Positions 54,795 to 64,000 of a DNA stretch of 64,000 nucleotides are shown in pieces (position 1 is the first letter of the stretch; every line of letters starts with the position of its first letter). This DNA comes from an uncultured Ignavibacteriaceae bacterium (GTDB lineage: Bacteria > Bacteroidota > Ignavibacteria > UBA10030). The position numbers and the translations under genes were made by a program. Where the stretch lies: positions 2,131 through 66,130 of the forward strand of contig CAZYYD010000022.1 in assembly GCA_964651225.1 (NCBI GenBank). The letters are read 5' to 3'. Below the pieces are notes generated by a model that worked only from the letters and a program-made list of their open reading frames with translations, had not been told where the DNA came from and did not search any database.

Positions 54795-57700
54795 TTAAAA
54801 ATCCGGACCGAGTGCGAAATAGTAGAACGGCTCTGAGAAGCTCCCCCATCGGAACCGCCATGCAATATCAAAGCGGACCGGTATCCCAAAAAGAATGAGC
54901 CGTGTTCCTATTCCTGTTCCGATCAGCAGATCTTTTGTAATTGTAGAACCATCGTTCGGATCGTTGCCGAATGCTTTCCATGCCTCTGAATTCGTCCAGG
55001 CAGAACCCATATCAACGAACGCTGTGCCGAGGATATTCGCAAAACCAATCGGCAGGGCGCCGAAGATGAGATATTTTAACAAAGGAAAGCGAAACTCCAT
55101 GTTTGCTACAGCAAATTTGGTACCGATTTGTTGGGCATATTCATATCCTCGCAGCGGCAACACCTGCGTCAGAAACGCAAAGTCTTCCACGTTCACGATA
55201 GGGATATCTTGAGTCGCAAGATGATAATTCATCCATCCCTCTGTTCCGCCAATGAGGAAGTTTTGTTTGTTGCCCCCTGTGCTCATGCCGCCGGAGAGAC
55301 GGTAAGCAAAAACAAATTCTGATGCTAATTTGTTATAGCTCCGGAAATCCGTTGTCACAGTTTGAATGTCCAAGCCGCCATCGTTGAGTTTCGGTGTTCC
55401 ATAAAACGTGAAGTTGAAGCGCGAACCATTATTCGGGCCAAACCAGCTCCCCTGCCAGAGAGAATTGTCGTTCACATAACTGACCAACGGAAGAAGAAAC
55501 GACCTCTGCTGTTGAGGAGATGAGGGATTATCCAAATTTTCGCGTGAAAGATTCAGCCACATCAGAGAACAATCGATCCGATTAAACCGGTCAATGGGAT
55601 AGGAAGCCATGGCACCAACGCCCCAAGTGCGGAAACGATAGATCGTATCGTACATCGCACCGGCAAGATACAGGTCAAGAAATTTCGCGTTATGGAAGGC
55701 CTGGAATCCCCAATCAATACGTCCGGGCAGATAATAGTACGACAGTCCATAATCACTGTTCTTCAAGTCAATAAGAAGATTTGTTTGGAAGACAATTTGA
55801 TGATCGCCCAGCATATCACTAAAAGCTAAAATCGTGCTTCCCTCCAAGCCATAGAATGTACTGTAATTCGCCGCTCCGTACACCAGGTCGGGTGAAAAGT
55901 TCAACTTGTAACGGCGAGGGATAAAGTTGCCTTCGCTATCCTCGTTATCTGTAATTTCCACCTGTGAAATCGGCGGTGGGGCATTCGTCGTATCGTGCAT
56001 AACTTCAGGGGAAAATATGTAATTGGACAGGTCCGGTTTCACGGAGGGATGATAGCCAGTGTCCATACCCGCGGTATCGGCGACCACAATCACATTTTGA
56101 TGGATGGCAATCGTATCCGAGGCGGGGGTAATCGCAATAACTTCTTTCGGTTTTTCCATGCGCGGCAGCTGATACTTCATCTTATAGTACTCTGTCGGTT
56201 CCAGAGTATCGACAGAAAGTTTCCGCTCCAGAGGTCTCAACATCAAATAAATATCAAATCCCGCCTCATTCAACGACGAGAAAACAAGCTTTGATCCATC
56301 GGATGAGAGGGAAAGCTGATAGAGGCCGCTGATGGAGTTGGTGATAGGATAATATTTTCCTGAACCAAGATCCTGGACATAGACATTGTTGATTCCACTG
56401 ATATCGGCAATATAGATGATTCTTTTGCCATCCGGGGCGACAACGGGCGAGCTCTTGCTTCCATGCTCCTGTTTCGTGATACGTTTTATGTTCCCCGTAC
56501 TGACCTCGATGGAATAAATATCCGTTTGCCCGAAATCGTACTTCCAAATTTTGAATCCCCTGGGGACCATCTTCGACGATGTAAAATCACTGCGATCGGA
56601 TGAAAAATAGATTGTCTTTCCATCCGGAGAAAAAACCGGATCCATATCGGAGAAGATATCCTCGGTGAGGTTTTTCAATTCCTTTGTGGCAATATTGTAA
56701 AGATAAATATCTGATTGAGGCGTTTTCACTCCGACAAAGGTGAGGAGGTTCCCGTCTTTGCTCCAATCGACCGAAAACACACCGTCTAAATCCAATTTAA
56801 TTTTCTCCTGCTTGCCGGACTTTACATCCACAATAACGATTGCGTCATGTTCTCCGGCTTTTACTGCGAGGGCAATTTTCGTCCCATCCGGCGACCACGT
56901 GATACCCGGTGTGAGCAGATGCATTTCTTCGAAGTCCTTCGTCTTTTGACCGCTGACAATTTTATTGAGTATTTCCCCATCCAAGGCCGAGATGAGATAG
57001 ACATCAAAGTAATCATTGCGGTCGGAGATGAAGGCGATTTTATCGCCTTGCGGAGAAATCGCCGGACTTGTATTGTAGAAATTTCCATCTTTGGTATGGT
57101 TGGTCAATCGCTTGTGCGCAAAATCTGCCGGATCTTCGCGCTTGGCAACGTCAGGCCAGTAATAGACCTTCTGTTCCTTCTGCCAGCGCTCGGAGAGTTC
57201 TTTTACCGATAAGCCGATGGCAGATCGAAAGCCATTATCGACGCTGCGGGCACTCTTGATTCGGCTGAAAATCTCAGCAATCTTTTGTTCTCCGTACTTG
57301 TTGGCAATGTAATACCATACGGACTGACCGCCCCGGTATGCAAAATATCCTGACAGGTATTCTATAGGAGGAAGATAATTATGCACAGTTGCATCGCGCA
57401 GAAACATGTCAGAGTTATTGTCCCACTTTAATGAGGCGTACTCTGCAATACCTTCATTCATCCACATGGGCAATTGCACGGGTGCTTTACTAGAAATCAA
57501 GGATTGGATTGTACCACCGTAAAACATGTCGTTCAGCACAGCATGGACCAGCTCATGGTGAATCACATGGCGAAACTGGCTATAATTCCCTTCGAAGGGG
57601 ACAACAACGCGGTTCTTAAAGAGTTCAGTGACTCCGCCGATGCCCTCTTCCATATATTCGCCGATAACATTGGTCTGCTGAAATTCGTTGTGCGAGTTAT

Positions 57701-57992
57701 AGACCACAAGGGAAATTCGATTGTTGATTTCGTACCGGAGGAGTTTTTTGATGGATGCATACGCCGCTTCGGTAGCATTCGCGGCAAATTGCGCTATCTC
57801 GTAGCCGTTCTGGGAAAAATACACATCAAAGTGATCGGTCTGAATATACTGCCACTGGAAATTCTTATATTGTACTTTATTCTTCCCGAATACCGAATTC
57901 TGCGCTTCGATCGAACCGGTTACGCTGCAGAGAACCAGGCCGACAAGCATAAGACGCTGTATCTTCATCATTTTCTTTTTCTCTCTCATCAT
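54795..57992 (-). CDS. Outer-membrane fusion protein: gluzincin-like domain + TolB-like beta-propeller repeats + Omp85 (D15) beta-barrel
   Basis: Start trimmed to MMREKKKMMKIQRLMLVGLVLCSVTGSIEAQ (57992, or 57971). HHELVHAV...WMNEGIAEY. Repeated SP.GDKIAF.SDR / SPDGTKIA / SPDGKTIYFSSDR / APDGKRIIY / SSDGSKLVFSS units. C-terminus ...GTGIGTRLILFGIPVRFDIAWRF. Confidence 0.65.
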   Translation of the reverse strand: MMREKKKMMKIQRLMLVGLVLCSVTGSIEAQNSVFGKNKVQYKNFQWQYIQTDHFDVYFSQNGYEIAQFAANATEAAYASIKKLLRYEINNRISLVVYNSHNEFQQTNVIGEYMEEGIGGVTELFKNRVVVPFEGNYSQFRHVIHHELVHAVLNDMFYGGTIQSLISSKAPVQLPMWMNEGIAEYASLKWDNNSDMFLRDATVHNYLPPIEYLSGYFAYRGGQSVWYYIANKYGEQKIAEIFSRIKSARSVDNGFRSAIGLSVKELSERWQKEQKVYYWPDVAKREDPADFAHKRLTNHTKDGNFYNTSPAISPQGDKIAFISDRNDYFDVYLISALDGEILNKIVSGQKTKDFEEMHLLTPGITWSPDGTKIALAVKAGEHDAIVIVDVKSGKQEKIKLDLDGVFSVDWSKDGNLLTFVGVKTPQSDIYLYNIATKELKNLTEDIFSDMDPVFSPDGKTIYFSSDRSDFTSSKMVPRGFKIWKYDFGQTDIYSIEVSTGNIKRITKQEHGSKSSPVVAPDGKRIIYIADISGINNVYVQDLGSGKYYPITNSISGLYQLSLSSDGSKLVFSSLNEAGFDIYLMLRPLERKLSVDTLEPTEYYKMKYQLPRMEKPKEVIAITPASDTIAIHQNVIVVADTAGMDTGYHPSVKPDLSNYIFSPEVMHDTTNAPPPISQVEITDNEDSEGNFIPRRYKLNFSPDLVYGAANYSTFYGLEGSTILAFSDMLGDHQIVFQTNLLIDLKNSDYGLSYYYLPGRIDWGFQAFHNAKFLDLYLAGAMYDTIYRFRTWGVGAMASYPIDRFNRIDCSLMWLNLSRENLDNPSSPQQQRSFLLPLVSYVNDNSLWQGSWFGPNNGSRFNFTFYGTPKLNDGGLDIQTVTTDFRSYNKLASEFVFAYRLSGGMSTGGNKQNFLIGGTEGWMNYHLATQDIPIVNVEDFAFLTQVLPLRGYEYAQQIGTKFAVANMEFRFPLLKYLIFGALPIGFANILGTAFVDMGSAWTNSEAWKAFGNDPNDGSTITKDLLIGTGIGTRLILFGIPVRFDIAWRFRWGSFSEPFYYFALGPDF

Positions 57993-58050
57993 CACATCAA
58001 CAAAAATAGTGTAGAGAAAATCACACGGAAAAGCAAACCGGCAGATTCCT

Positions 58051-60276
58051 CTACCTCTCCTTCGACCGTTTCCGGCGACCAGAGGGTGACGCTTCATCTC
58101 TCTCGATGAGTGCGAAATCAATTTGGCGCTCTTCAGGATTGACCCGCAGTACTTTTACTTCGAGCGGATCGCCGAGACGATATTGTTTCCCAGTGCGCCG
58201 TCCTTTAAGCGTGTACTGTTTTTCGTCATACTGATAGTAATCGTCACTCAAATCCCGCACATGAATCATCCCTTGCACCAGCGAATCGGTCAATTCAATG
58301 AAGATACCGAAGTGCGCCACCCCGGAGATCACACCATGAAATTCATCACCGATATGACGCTTCATATATTCCACCTGCATGACTTTCACCGCGGTCCGCT
58401 CTGCTTCCATCGCCCGTCGTTCCATCTCCGACGATTGTCTGGCAATGTTCGGGAGACGCTGACGAAGTGCATCCCGTTCTTTAAGCGAAATCCCTTCTTG
58501 GTACCTTTTCAGCATTCGATGAACTTCCAAATCCGGGTACCGTCGAATAGGCGACGTAAAATGCGAATAGTAATCAAATCCGAGGCCGTAATGACCAATG
58601 TTCCGGTCTGAATAGACTGCTTTCGCCATCGCTCTCAAGGCCACTTCATTGATAACATTCTCGGTTTCCGTACCCTTCACCTGATCCAGAAGCTGCTGCA
58701 GTGATTTAGACGAAACACCGCCGTCAATGTTCAACGAGAATCCGAACTTTTGTACAAACACCGCAAGTTCGCCGATTCGTTCCGGATCAGGCGAATCGTG
58801 TATACGATAGAGGAACGGCTTTGCCAGTTCTTCTTTCTTCGCCGCGCCGATGTGCCTCGCCACCACACGATTTGCCAGCAGCATAAATTCTTCCACCAAT
58901 CGATGACTCTCCAACCGGATTTTCTTCGTGATTTTGACCGGCTTCCCTTGCTCATCGAGCTCAAATTTTGCTTCCACAGAATCAAAATCGATACTGCCTT
59001 CTTTCATCCGCTTTTTCGTGAGGATCGAACTGAGTTGATGCATTGTGCGTATCTTCTCAGCGAAGGGCTCATCGCCTGGCGGTGCAGGTTCTTTGCGATC
59101 CAACCGGTCAAGAATTTCCTGAACCCGCTCATAACTCATTCTCTGCTTGCTGCGGACCACGCTCTCGACTATCTCATATTCTTTGACACTGCCGCGGTGG
59201 GAAACGTTTATCAGCACAGAAAATGCCAGCCGGTCTTCCTGCGGACGAAGGCTGCAGAGGCCATTGGAAAGGGTTTCCGGCAGCATGGGAATAACCCCGT
59301 TGGGAAAGTAGACGCTTGTTCCGCGCTTGAGAGCTTCCGTATCGAGAGCACTTCCCGCAGCAACATAATACGAGACATCAGCGATATGAACGCCGAGGCG
59401 ATAATTCCCGTCGGACAATAGTTCCATCGATACCGCATCATCGAAATCCTTTGCATCCCCGGGATCGATCGTAAAACAAAGGACATCCCTAAGATCACGC
59501 CGCCGGGCAATTTCCGAATCGGGAATCTTCGAAGGGATGGCACCCGTTTCCAGTAAAACTTCAGGAGGGAACTCTGTCGATAAATGGTATTCACGGGCAA
59601 CAGATTGAATTTCCGTCGACAGTTCCCCTGCACGTCCCAGCACTTCGAGGATTCGTCCTTCAGGACTTCGATGGTTCTTCCCCCACATAACAATTTCTAC
59701 GACAACTTTATCGCCCTCGCATGCTTTTTGGAGTTGTTCCTTCGCGATAAGAATTTCACGTGCCCTTCTTCGATCGTCCGGCACGACGAAGAATTGTCTG
59801 TGCGCCCGCTGCAGTGTCCCCACGAACACCTGGACTCCGCGCTTGAGAATCCGGACTACTTCACCCTCACGTCGTGCTCCGCGGTCTTTTTGCTTTGTGC
59901 TTTGTGCAGAGAGGGAAACCTCCACTGTATCCCCGTGCGACGCGCCGCCCAGGCTTTCCTGCCTGATAAAAATCTCTTCCCCCTCTTTATCCTCAGTTAC
60001 CACACCAAAACCGCGAGAGGTTACTTCTAACTCTCCGGAAACTATTTCAACCGTATGGAGATGGCCATATTTTTTTCCCCGGATATATTCTATCAACTGC
60101 TCATCCTGAAGTGATCGTAATGCCTGCTTGAAGAGCTGATACTCTTTTTCGGTCCGAATGCCCAGCCTGCGTGAAAGCTCTTTCGATTTGAATGACTCGC
60201 GAGGAAAACGGAGAAGGAACTGCAGAATACGTTCACGGAGCGCGACCAGATTTTTGCTCATATTTTTAACAGACAC
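58051..60276 (-). CDS. rnr: Ribonuclease R
   Basis: 741 aa with RNB domain motifs (FTIDPGDAKDFDDA, HYGLGFDYYSHFTSPIRRYPD), a C-terminal S1 domain and a basic tail. Confidence 0.92.
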   Translation of the reverse strand: MSVKNMSKNLVALRERILQFLLRFPRESFKSKELSRRLGIRTEKEYQLFKQALRSLQDEQLIEYIRGKKYGHLHTVEIVSGELEVTSRGFGVVTEDKEGEEIFIRQESLGGASHGDTVEVSLSAQSTKQKDRGARREGEVVRILKRGVQVFVGTLQRAHRQFFVVPDDRRRAREILIAKEQLQKACEGDKVVVEIVMWGKNHRSPEGRILEVLGRAGELSTEIQSVAREYHLSTEFPPEVLLETGAIPSKIPDSEIARRRDLRDVLCFTIDPGDAKDFDDAVSMELLSDGNYRLGVHIADVSYYVAAGSALDTEALKRGTSVYFPNGVIPMLPETLSNGLCSLRPQEDRLAFSVLINVSHRGSVKEYEIVESVVRSKQRMSYERVQEILDRLDRKEPAPPGDEPFAEKIRTMHQLSSILTKKRMKEGSIDFDSVEAKFELDEQGKPVKITKKIRLESHRLVEEFMLLANRVVARHIGAAKKEELAKPFLYRIHDSPDPERIGELAVFVQKFGFSLNIDGGVSSKSLQQLLDQVKGTETENVINEVALRAMAKAVYSDRNIGHYGLGFDYYSHFTSPIRRYPDLEVHRMLKRYQEGISLKERDALRQRLPNIARQSSEMERRAMEAERTAVKVMQVEYMKRHIGDEFHGVISGVAHFGIFIELTDSLVQGMIHVRDLSDDYYQYDEKQYTLKGRRTGKQYRLGDPLEVKVLRVNPEERQIDFALIERDEASPSGRRKRSKER

Positions 60277-60305
60277 GATGACACTCCTTAGATATAGACT
60301 CCCCG

Positions 60306-63300
60306 TTAAAATGTTATACGATAGAAAAGCCGTGCACTATTTGAGGCGCGACGCTGTTCGTCCACGTTTTGGATCCCTTCCACACGACGTTCGAGTGTGA
60401 GAATAAGATTACGCAAACCTTCTACTCCAACGATAGAACTCATGGGGAGTTCAACGCTGACATTTGTGTTGCCGATGTCGCCGGTAAAAACCCGTCCACC
60501 GGCGCGAATAACGGCTTCTCCTACCTGTCCCGTGACCCGAAGGTCTGCAGCCTGACCAAACTGCCCGCCATAATACAACATATCGACGGACTGAACAACT
60601 CCATAGGTCGCTTTACGAGCCGCTTCACTCAAGGGACCGGTCAGCATACTCGAGGCTAACGCAAAACCGAGATTCGTGCCGATAAGCCCCATCCGCTGCT
60701 GATCTGTCAGTTCGTCGCGAAACTGCCCGGCAATAATGAAAGAGATAGCATTTGCTTCCTCATCCCCTTTTTCCCATTTCTTCCAATCTTTTTCCGAGGA
60801 GGTTTTCGTCTGCAGTGAAATTCTTGTTTTGGGTTCATTCCTTGTGCCTGAAATCTGCAAGGTGACCAGAACCTGTTCATCTTTGGCAACGCTAGTACTG
60901 CCGGCCACCTGATTGGTCGTATCCGCGGTATGGGTTCCCTGGTATGTTCCACTGATGTCAAGTTCAGGATTTAATTCATTGCCAGTGAAGAGGAGCTTTC
61001 CGGTTGCTTCGAATTTCTTGATAAAGTTATAGTACGAGCGATTGGTCACGTCCACCTGGCCTGTGAGACGGGACATTCCCGGGATCCGGTTAAAATAGAG
61101 ACGCCCCTGAAGATCAGCATAAAGCACCTCACTGGTTTGCGTATTAAAAACAAACCACAGCTGTGTAGGCCCTTGTGTCTCTATACCGACATCATAGTTG
61201 ATTCCATCAAGAAACGAACTATGTTCGGCTACGGAAGCCACCCGAACAGTATCCTTTAATTTTTTGCGGTTTGCTTGTTCTGAGGAACTGACAATTGTCT
61301 CGGATGTATCGTTCTTAAATGTCACATTTACGACACTTGCCCGCATCAATTCCGCCTCCCGCTCCGGAGGTAGGGTCAAGGCTGCATCTTTGACATAAAT
61401 ATCTCCCCGCACTGTGGACGAGGAAAGGTCGCCTTGCCACAGAAGTCCATTCGGACCTGTGGCGGCAAACAGGTTTCCATACAGTTTCTGCCCGGCAATT
61501 CTTTTCCCCTCACTCATTACTTTGAGATCACCCTGAGCGAGGAGATCGAATCGTTCGAGCTGCAAGCCGAGAAGAGTAAATGTTCCGGACACCTTCATGG
61601 TTCCAACGTGCAGAGGTTCCTGCGGATCATTCCGGACGGTGAATTCTTCTAATTGTATCCTATCCCCCGCCGGGACTAAATTTCCATTCAGAATGTACCG
61701 GATATTCAGCGGATCAAACACGAGACCTGCATTCCGGATGGACATCAATCCTTCGTACCGAGGGGTCTCGATCGGACCTTTCATCCGCATATCACAGGTC
61801 ATCACTCCGGAAAGATTTGAAATCTCAGGAATAAAGGGATCGAAAAATTCCAGATTCATACCGGTCGATTTCAGTGTGAGATCGACTTCACCTTCTAATC
61901 GATGGGGGATTTCCCGCGCAAGGACAAATTCATACGGCAGGGATCCGGAAAGTAAAAGATCCGGTGAAGCCTGCGGGTCTTGCCCTTGTCCAACGAATTT
62001 CACCAGGATATTCAGCATATGTTCAAAATAAGAAAACCGAGATTCGATCGTTCCAAGAACTTTATATTTGTTTTGCGTTGAATCTTCAGCACGAACTCCC
62101 TCTGCGCGTAAATCAACCGAGAGGTTGGGGTGGTCAAAACTTCCACGGAAGATGGCTGTCGCATCCACCATACCGCCGAACTGAGTTCTGACCCGCGCAT
62201 AAGGACCTCGATGGAGCACCTGTTTGAGGTTTGAGAGAAGAAACCCTTTGACAGAAACATTCAAGTCTGAGATACCGGTGGGACTGAAGTAGCCTGTGAG
62301 GACTGCTTCTTCATTTTCATGAGCCATTCCGAGTGATTGAAGGTAGAAACCATCGTGTCCCAGTACGAACCGCACGGTATCCATATTTTCTGCAACGTAC
62401 TGCCCTACTTCGGTTTTCAATTCCGGGAAAGTGAACTCCATCAACCCTGCTCGCATATGCGATGTACCTTCGATATCAATCCTTGCTGTCGAATCAATGA
62501 ATGCGGAGCACTGGAGATCACTGGAATCAGATTCCACCTGCAGCAGGCTGGACACCTGATTAAACAGGAGGGAATTGAATTTAAAATTTTGAAGTTCCAT
62601 GTCGACTGAAGCGCTGAAGGTTTCGAACATGGTCTGATGACAAATCCCCCCGAAAAAATACTTGAACGATGCTGTGTCAGCGCTTACCGAATCCTTTTCA
62701 GAACGAAGTCCGAATTGCTCCAGCGTCGCATCGCCTGTCAATTGCATGTCTGCCGAATCTCCAATAACTCCGCCATCAACCACACCCGTTCCGCTGAGCG
62801 GAACATGGATGAAAGCCCCGACAGGTCTGAGATCTTTCACATGAAGATGAAATTGCACATCAAGTGGACCGACGCCGGACACAATAGTTGAGGGCTGAAA
62901 TTCCGGTTTTTTTGCGCTGAGACTATCAAATGAACGAAGAGAATCAAGGCTCCGAAATCGATAGGCAACCGCTTCCGTCACCAATCGATATGAATTATCC
63001 CATGCCGCTATAAAGGATGCCGGTGTAAAGCTGCCTTCCACATCCAGATCGGCGGCAGTAGATCTCACCTGTAATGATCTCTTCGTCCTGTCCTGCACAT
63101 GGTATATTGTCTTTGCAACTCCCGACTCGAATGTTTCCACTCCGAATACCGATCGGGCAAAATGAATTTCCGCCGTATCAGACCGCGCTTCCGCTCCGAT
63201 GGCCCCAGCAGCAGTAAGGTCGAACGACAGTTCACTCTGGTATTGCTTCTCCTTAAGAAGCTCGGCAAGGTCCAGCGAACGGATTCTTCCGGTTATCCTG

Positions 63301-64000
63301 TAATTTGCTGAGTCGTTTCTAAAAAACTTTACCTGATTTGAAATCTCATAATTTCCGCTTCCCAGAGATGCTCCCGCATGTGATCGCAGCAATCCATCAG
63401 CAATATCGAACACAAAGACGGAATGCTGGAGAGGCAGTCCATTGATGGAAGAAGAATCCATCTCCACTTTCGCAAGCGCGGTCATGGTCAACGGATCAAA
63501 CCCAGTCCCATCGACATGGATCTTTCCATTGAGATTGCTGCTCACTTCTTCATCACGCAAAATCGTGCCCAAAGCGAGTGACTGCACGGTGATTATTCCC
63601 GCATATAATGGATTCTCAGGTTTGATCGTCAAGCTACCGTTGACATCAATATCCCCTGCCTCTGTATTTGCAATGACATGCGCCTTGAAATCCAGAGGTT
63701 TCCCTTCATAGGTAAGAGAATACTTTACCGGACCAAGGAAGGTCAGGTCCGTCAGATTCAATCCGGGTAAACAATCAAGGAGATCGTGCGGCGTAATAAA
63801 ATTATCAATCGCTTCCACGGACATTTCTAAATCGCCGGGATGGTGTAAATTTCGAAGCTGCCCATGGAGCTGCATCATAGAGTGCGGCAGCTGGATCGAA
63901 AGTTGTTCAACCGTAAGGTCGCTGAAAAGACCTTTCACCGTCAACCGCAGTTTTATTTCACGGTCAAGAAAATCCACCGATGGATAGAGAAACTGTTTCA
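60306..64000 (-). CDS. tamB: TamB-like translocation and assembly module protein, C-terminal >1220 aa (5' end beyond window)
   Basis: A long beta-rich repetitive protein. The reading frame stays open upstream of the GTG at 63977 to position 64000. The C-terminal DUF490-like end is ...LRNLILTLERRVEG...ARLFYRITF. Confidence 0.7.
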   Translation of the reverse strand, partial: KQFLYPSVDFLDREIKLRLTVKGLFSDLTVEQLSIQLPHSMMQLHGQLRNLHHPGDLEMSVEAIDNFITPHDLLDCLPGLNLTDLTFLGPVKYSLTYEGKPLDFKAHVIANTEAGDIDVNGSLTIKPENPLYAGIITVQSLALGTILRDEEVSSNLNGKIHVDGTGFDPLTMTALAKVEMDSSSINGLPLQHSVFVFDIADGLLRSHAGASLGSGNYEISNQVKFFRNDSANYRITGRIRSLDLAELLKEKQYQSELSFDLTAAGAIGAEARSDTAEIHFARSVFGVETFESGVAKTIYHVQDRTKRSLQVRSTAADLDVEGSFTPASFIAAWDNSYRLVTEAVAYRFRSLDSLRSFDSLSAKKPEFQPSTIVSGVGPLDVQFHLHVKDLRPVGAFIHVPLSGTGVVDGGVIGDSADMQLTGDATLEQFGLRSEKDSVSADTASFKYFFGGICHQTMFETFSASVDMELQNFKFNSLLFNQVSSLLQVESDSSDLQCSAFIDSTARIDIEGTSHMRAGLMEFTFPELKTEVGQYVAENMDTVRFVLGHDGFYLQSLGMAHENEEAVLTGYFSPTGISDLNVSVKGFLLSNLKQVLHRGPYARVRTQFGGMVDATAIFRGSFDHPNLSVDLRAEGVRAEDSTQNKYKVLGTIESRFSYFEHMLNILVKFVGQGQDPQASPDLLLSGSLPYEFVLAREIPHRLEGEVDLTLKSTGMNLEFFDPFIPEISNLSGVMTCDMRMKGPIETPRYEGLMSIRNAGLVFDPLNIRYILNGNLVPAGDRIQLEEFTVRNDPQEPLHVGTMKVSGTFTLLGLQLERFDLLAQGDLKVMSEGKRIAGQKLYGNLFAATGPNGLLWQGDLSSSTVRGDIYVKDAALTLPPEREAELMRASVVNVTFKNDTSETIVSSSEQANRKKLKDTVRVASVAEHSSFLDGINYDVGIETQGPTQLWFVFNTQTSEVLYADLQGRLYFNRIPGMSRLTGQVDVTNRSYYNFIKKFEATGKLLFTGNELNPELDISGTYQGTHTADTTNQVAGSTSVAKDEQVLVTLQISGTRNEPKTRISLQTKTSSEKDWKKWEKGDEEANAISFIIAGQFRDELTDQQRMGLIGTNLGFALASSMLTGPLSEAARKATYGVVQSVDMLYYGGQFGQAADLRVTGQVGEAVIRAGGRVFTGDIGNTNVSVELPMSSIVGVEGLRNLILTLERRVEGIQNVDEQRRASNSARLFYRITF

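Noticed and set aside
1-64000. Scan for CRISPR arrays, tRNA/rRNA genes, integrases, transposases, toxin-antitoxin pairs and restriction or defence genes.
   Set aside because: - I saw no regularly spaced direct repeats.
- I saw no cloverleaf-like or rRNA-like sequence in the intergenic regions.
- No ORF carries recombinase, nuclease-defence or TA motifs.

The window reads as core chromosome rather than a mobile or defence island.

Overview
The window looks like chromosomal DNA from an FCB-group bacterium (Ignavibacteria/Bacteroidota-like). The taxon guess rests on two cargo proteins with NFPNPFNPS-type T9SS C-terminal sorting domains, a TamB-like gene and the ExbB-ExbD-ExbD-TonB-PstS-like-TPR gene order. 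Almost all genes are on the minus strand and tightly packed. I recognised no rRNA, tRNA, CRISPR array, integrase or transposase.

Layout:
- (1) 1-26 kb is a carbohydrate locus. It holds a GH18-like gene, two paralogous T9SS cargo genes, a hexapeptide-repeat protein, nagB, a long NagB/LmbE-like fusion, a ROK regulator, two SSF symporters, GH3, a truncated lyase-like gene, a LamG protein, a TIM-barrel hydrolase, GH43, xylA and xylB.
- (2) 26.7-37.8 kb is a type IV filament core (PilC-like, PilB-like, three non-canonical pseudopilin-like proteins) interleaved with eight signalling genes.
- (3) 38-64 kb holds a cold-shock gene, a metallophosphoesterase, TerC, two APC permeases, a TonB/ExbBD cluster with a STAS protein, a sigma54-type two-component pair, a peptidase/beta-propeller/Omp85 fusion, RNase R and a partial TamB.

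Best candidates for something undescribed:
- the pilus-plus-phosphorelay island and its shared TTTCCCC promoter motif;
- a dispersed bipartite intergenic element (GGGAGGGAGAT hairpin block plus TTCAGGA-[variable insert]-TCCTTCACAA block) present in at least five copies;
- a 36-nt 3' UTR that is near-identical between two otherwise diverged T9SS cargo genes;
- a 15-nt dyad shared by the ROK regulator promoter and a cargo gene promoter.

All domain calls are motif recognition by eye. No database search was run.
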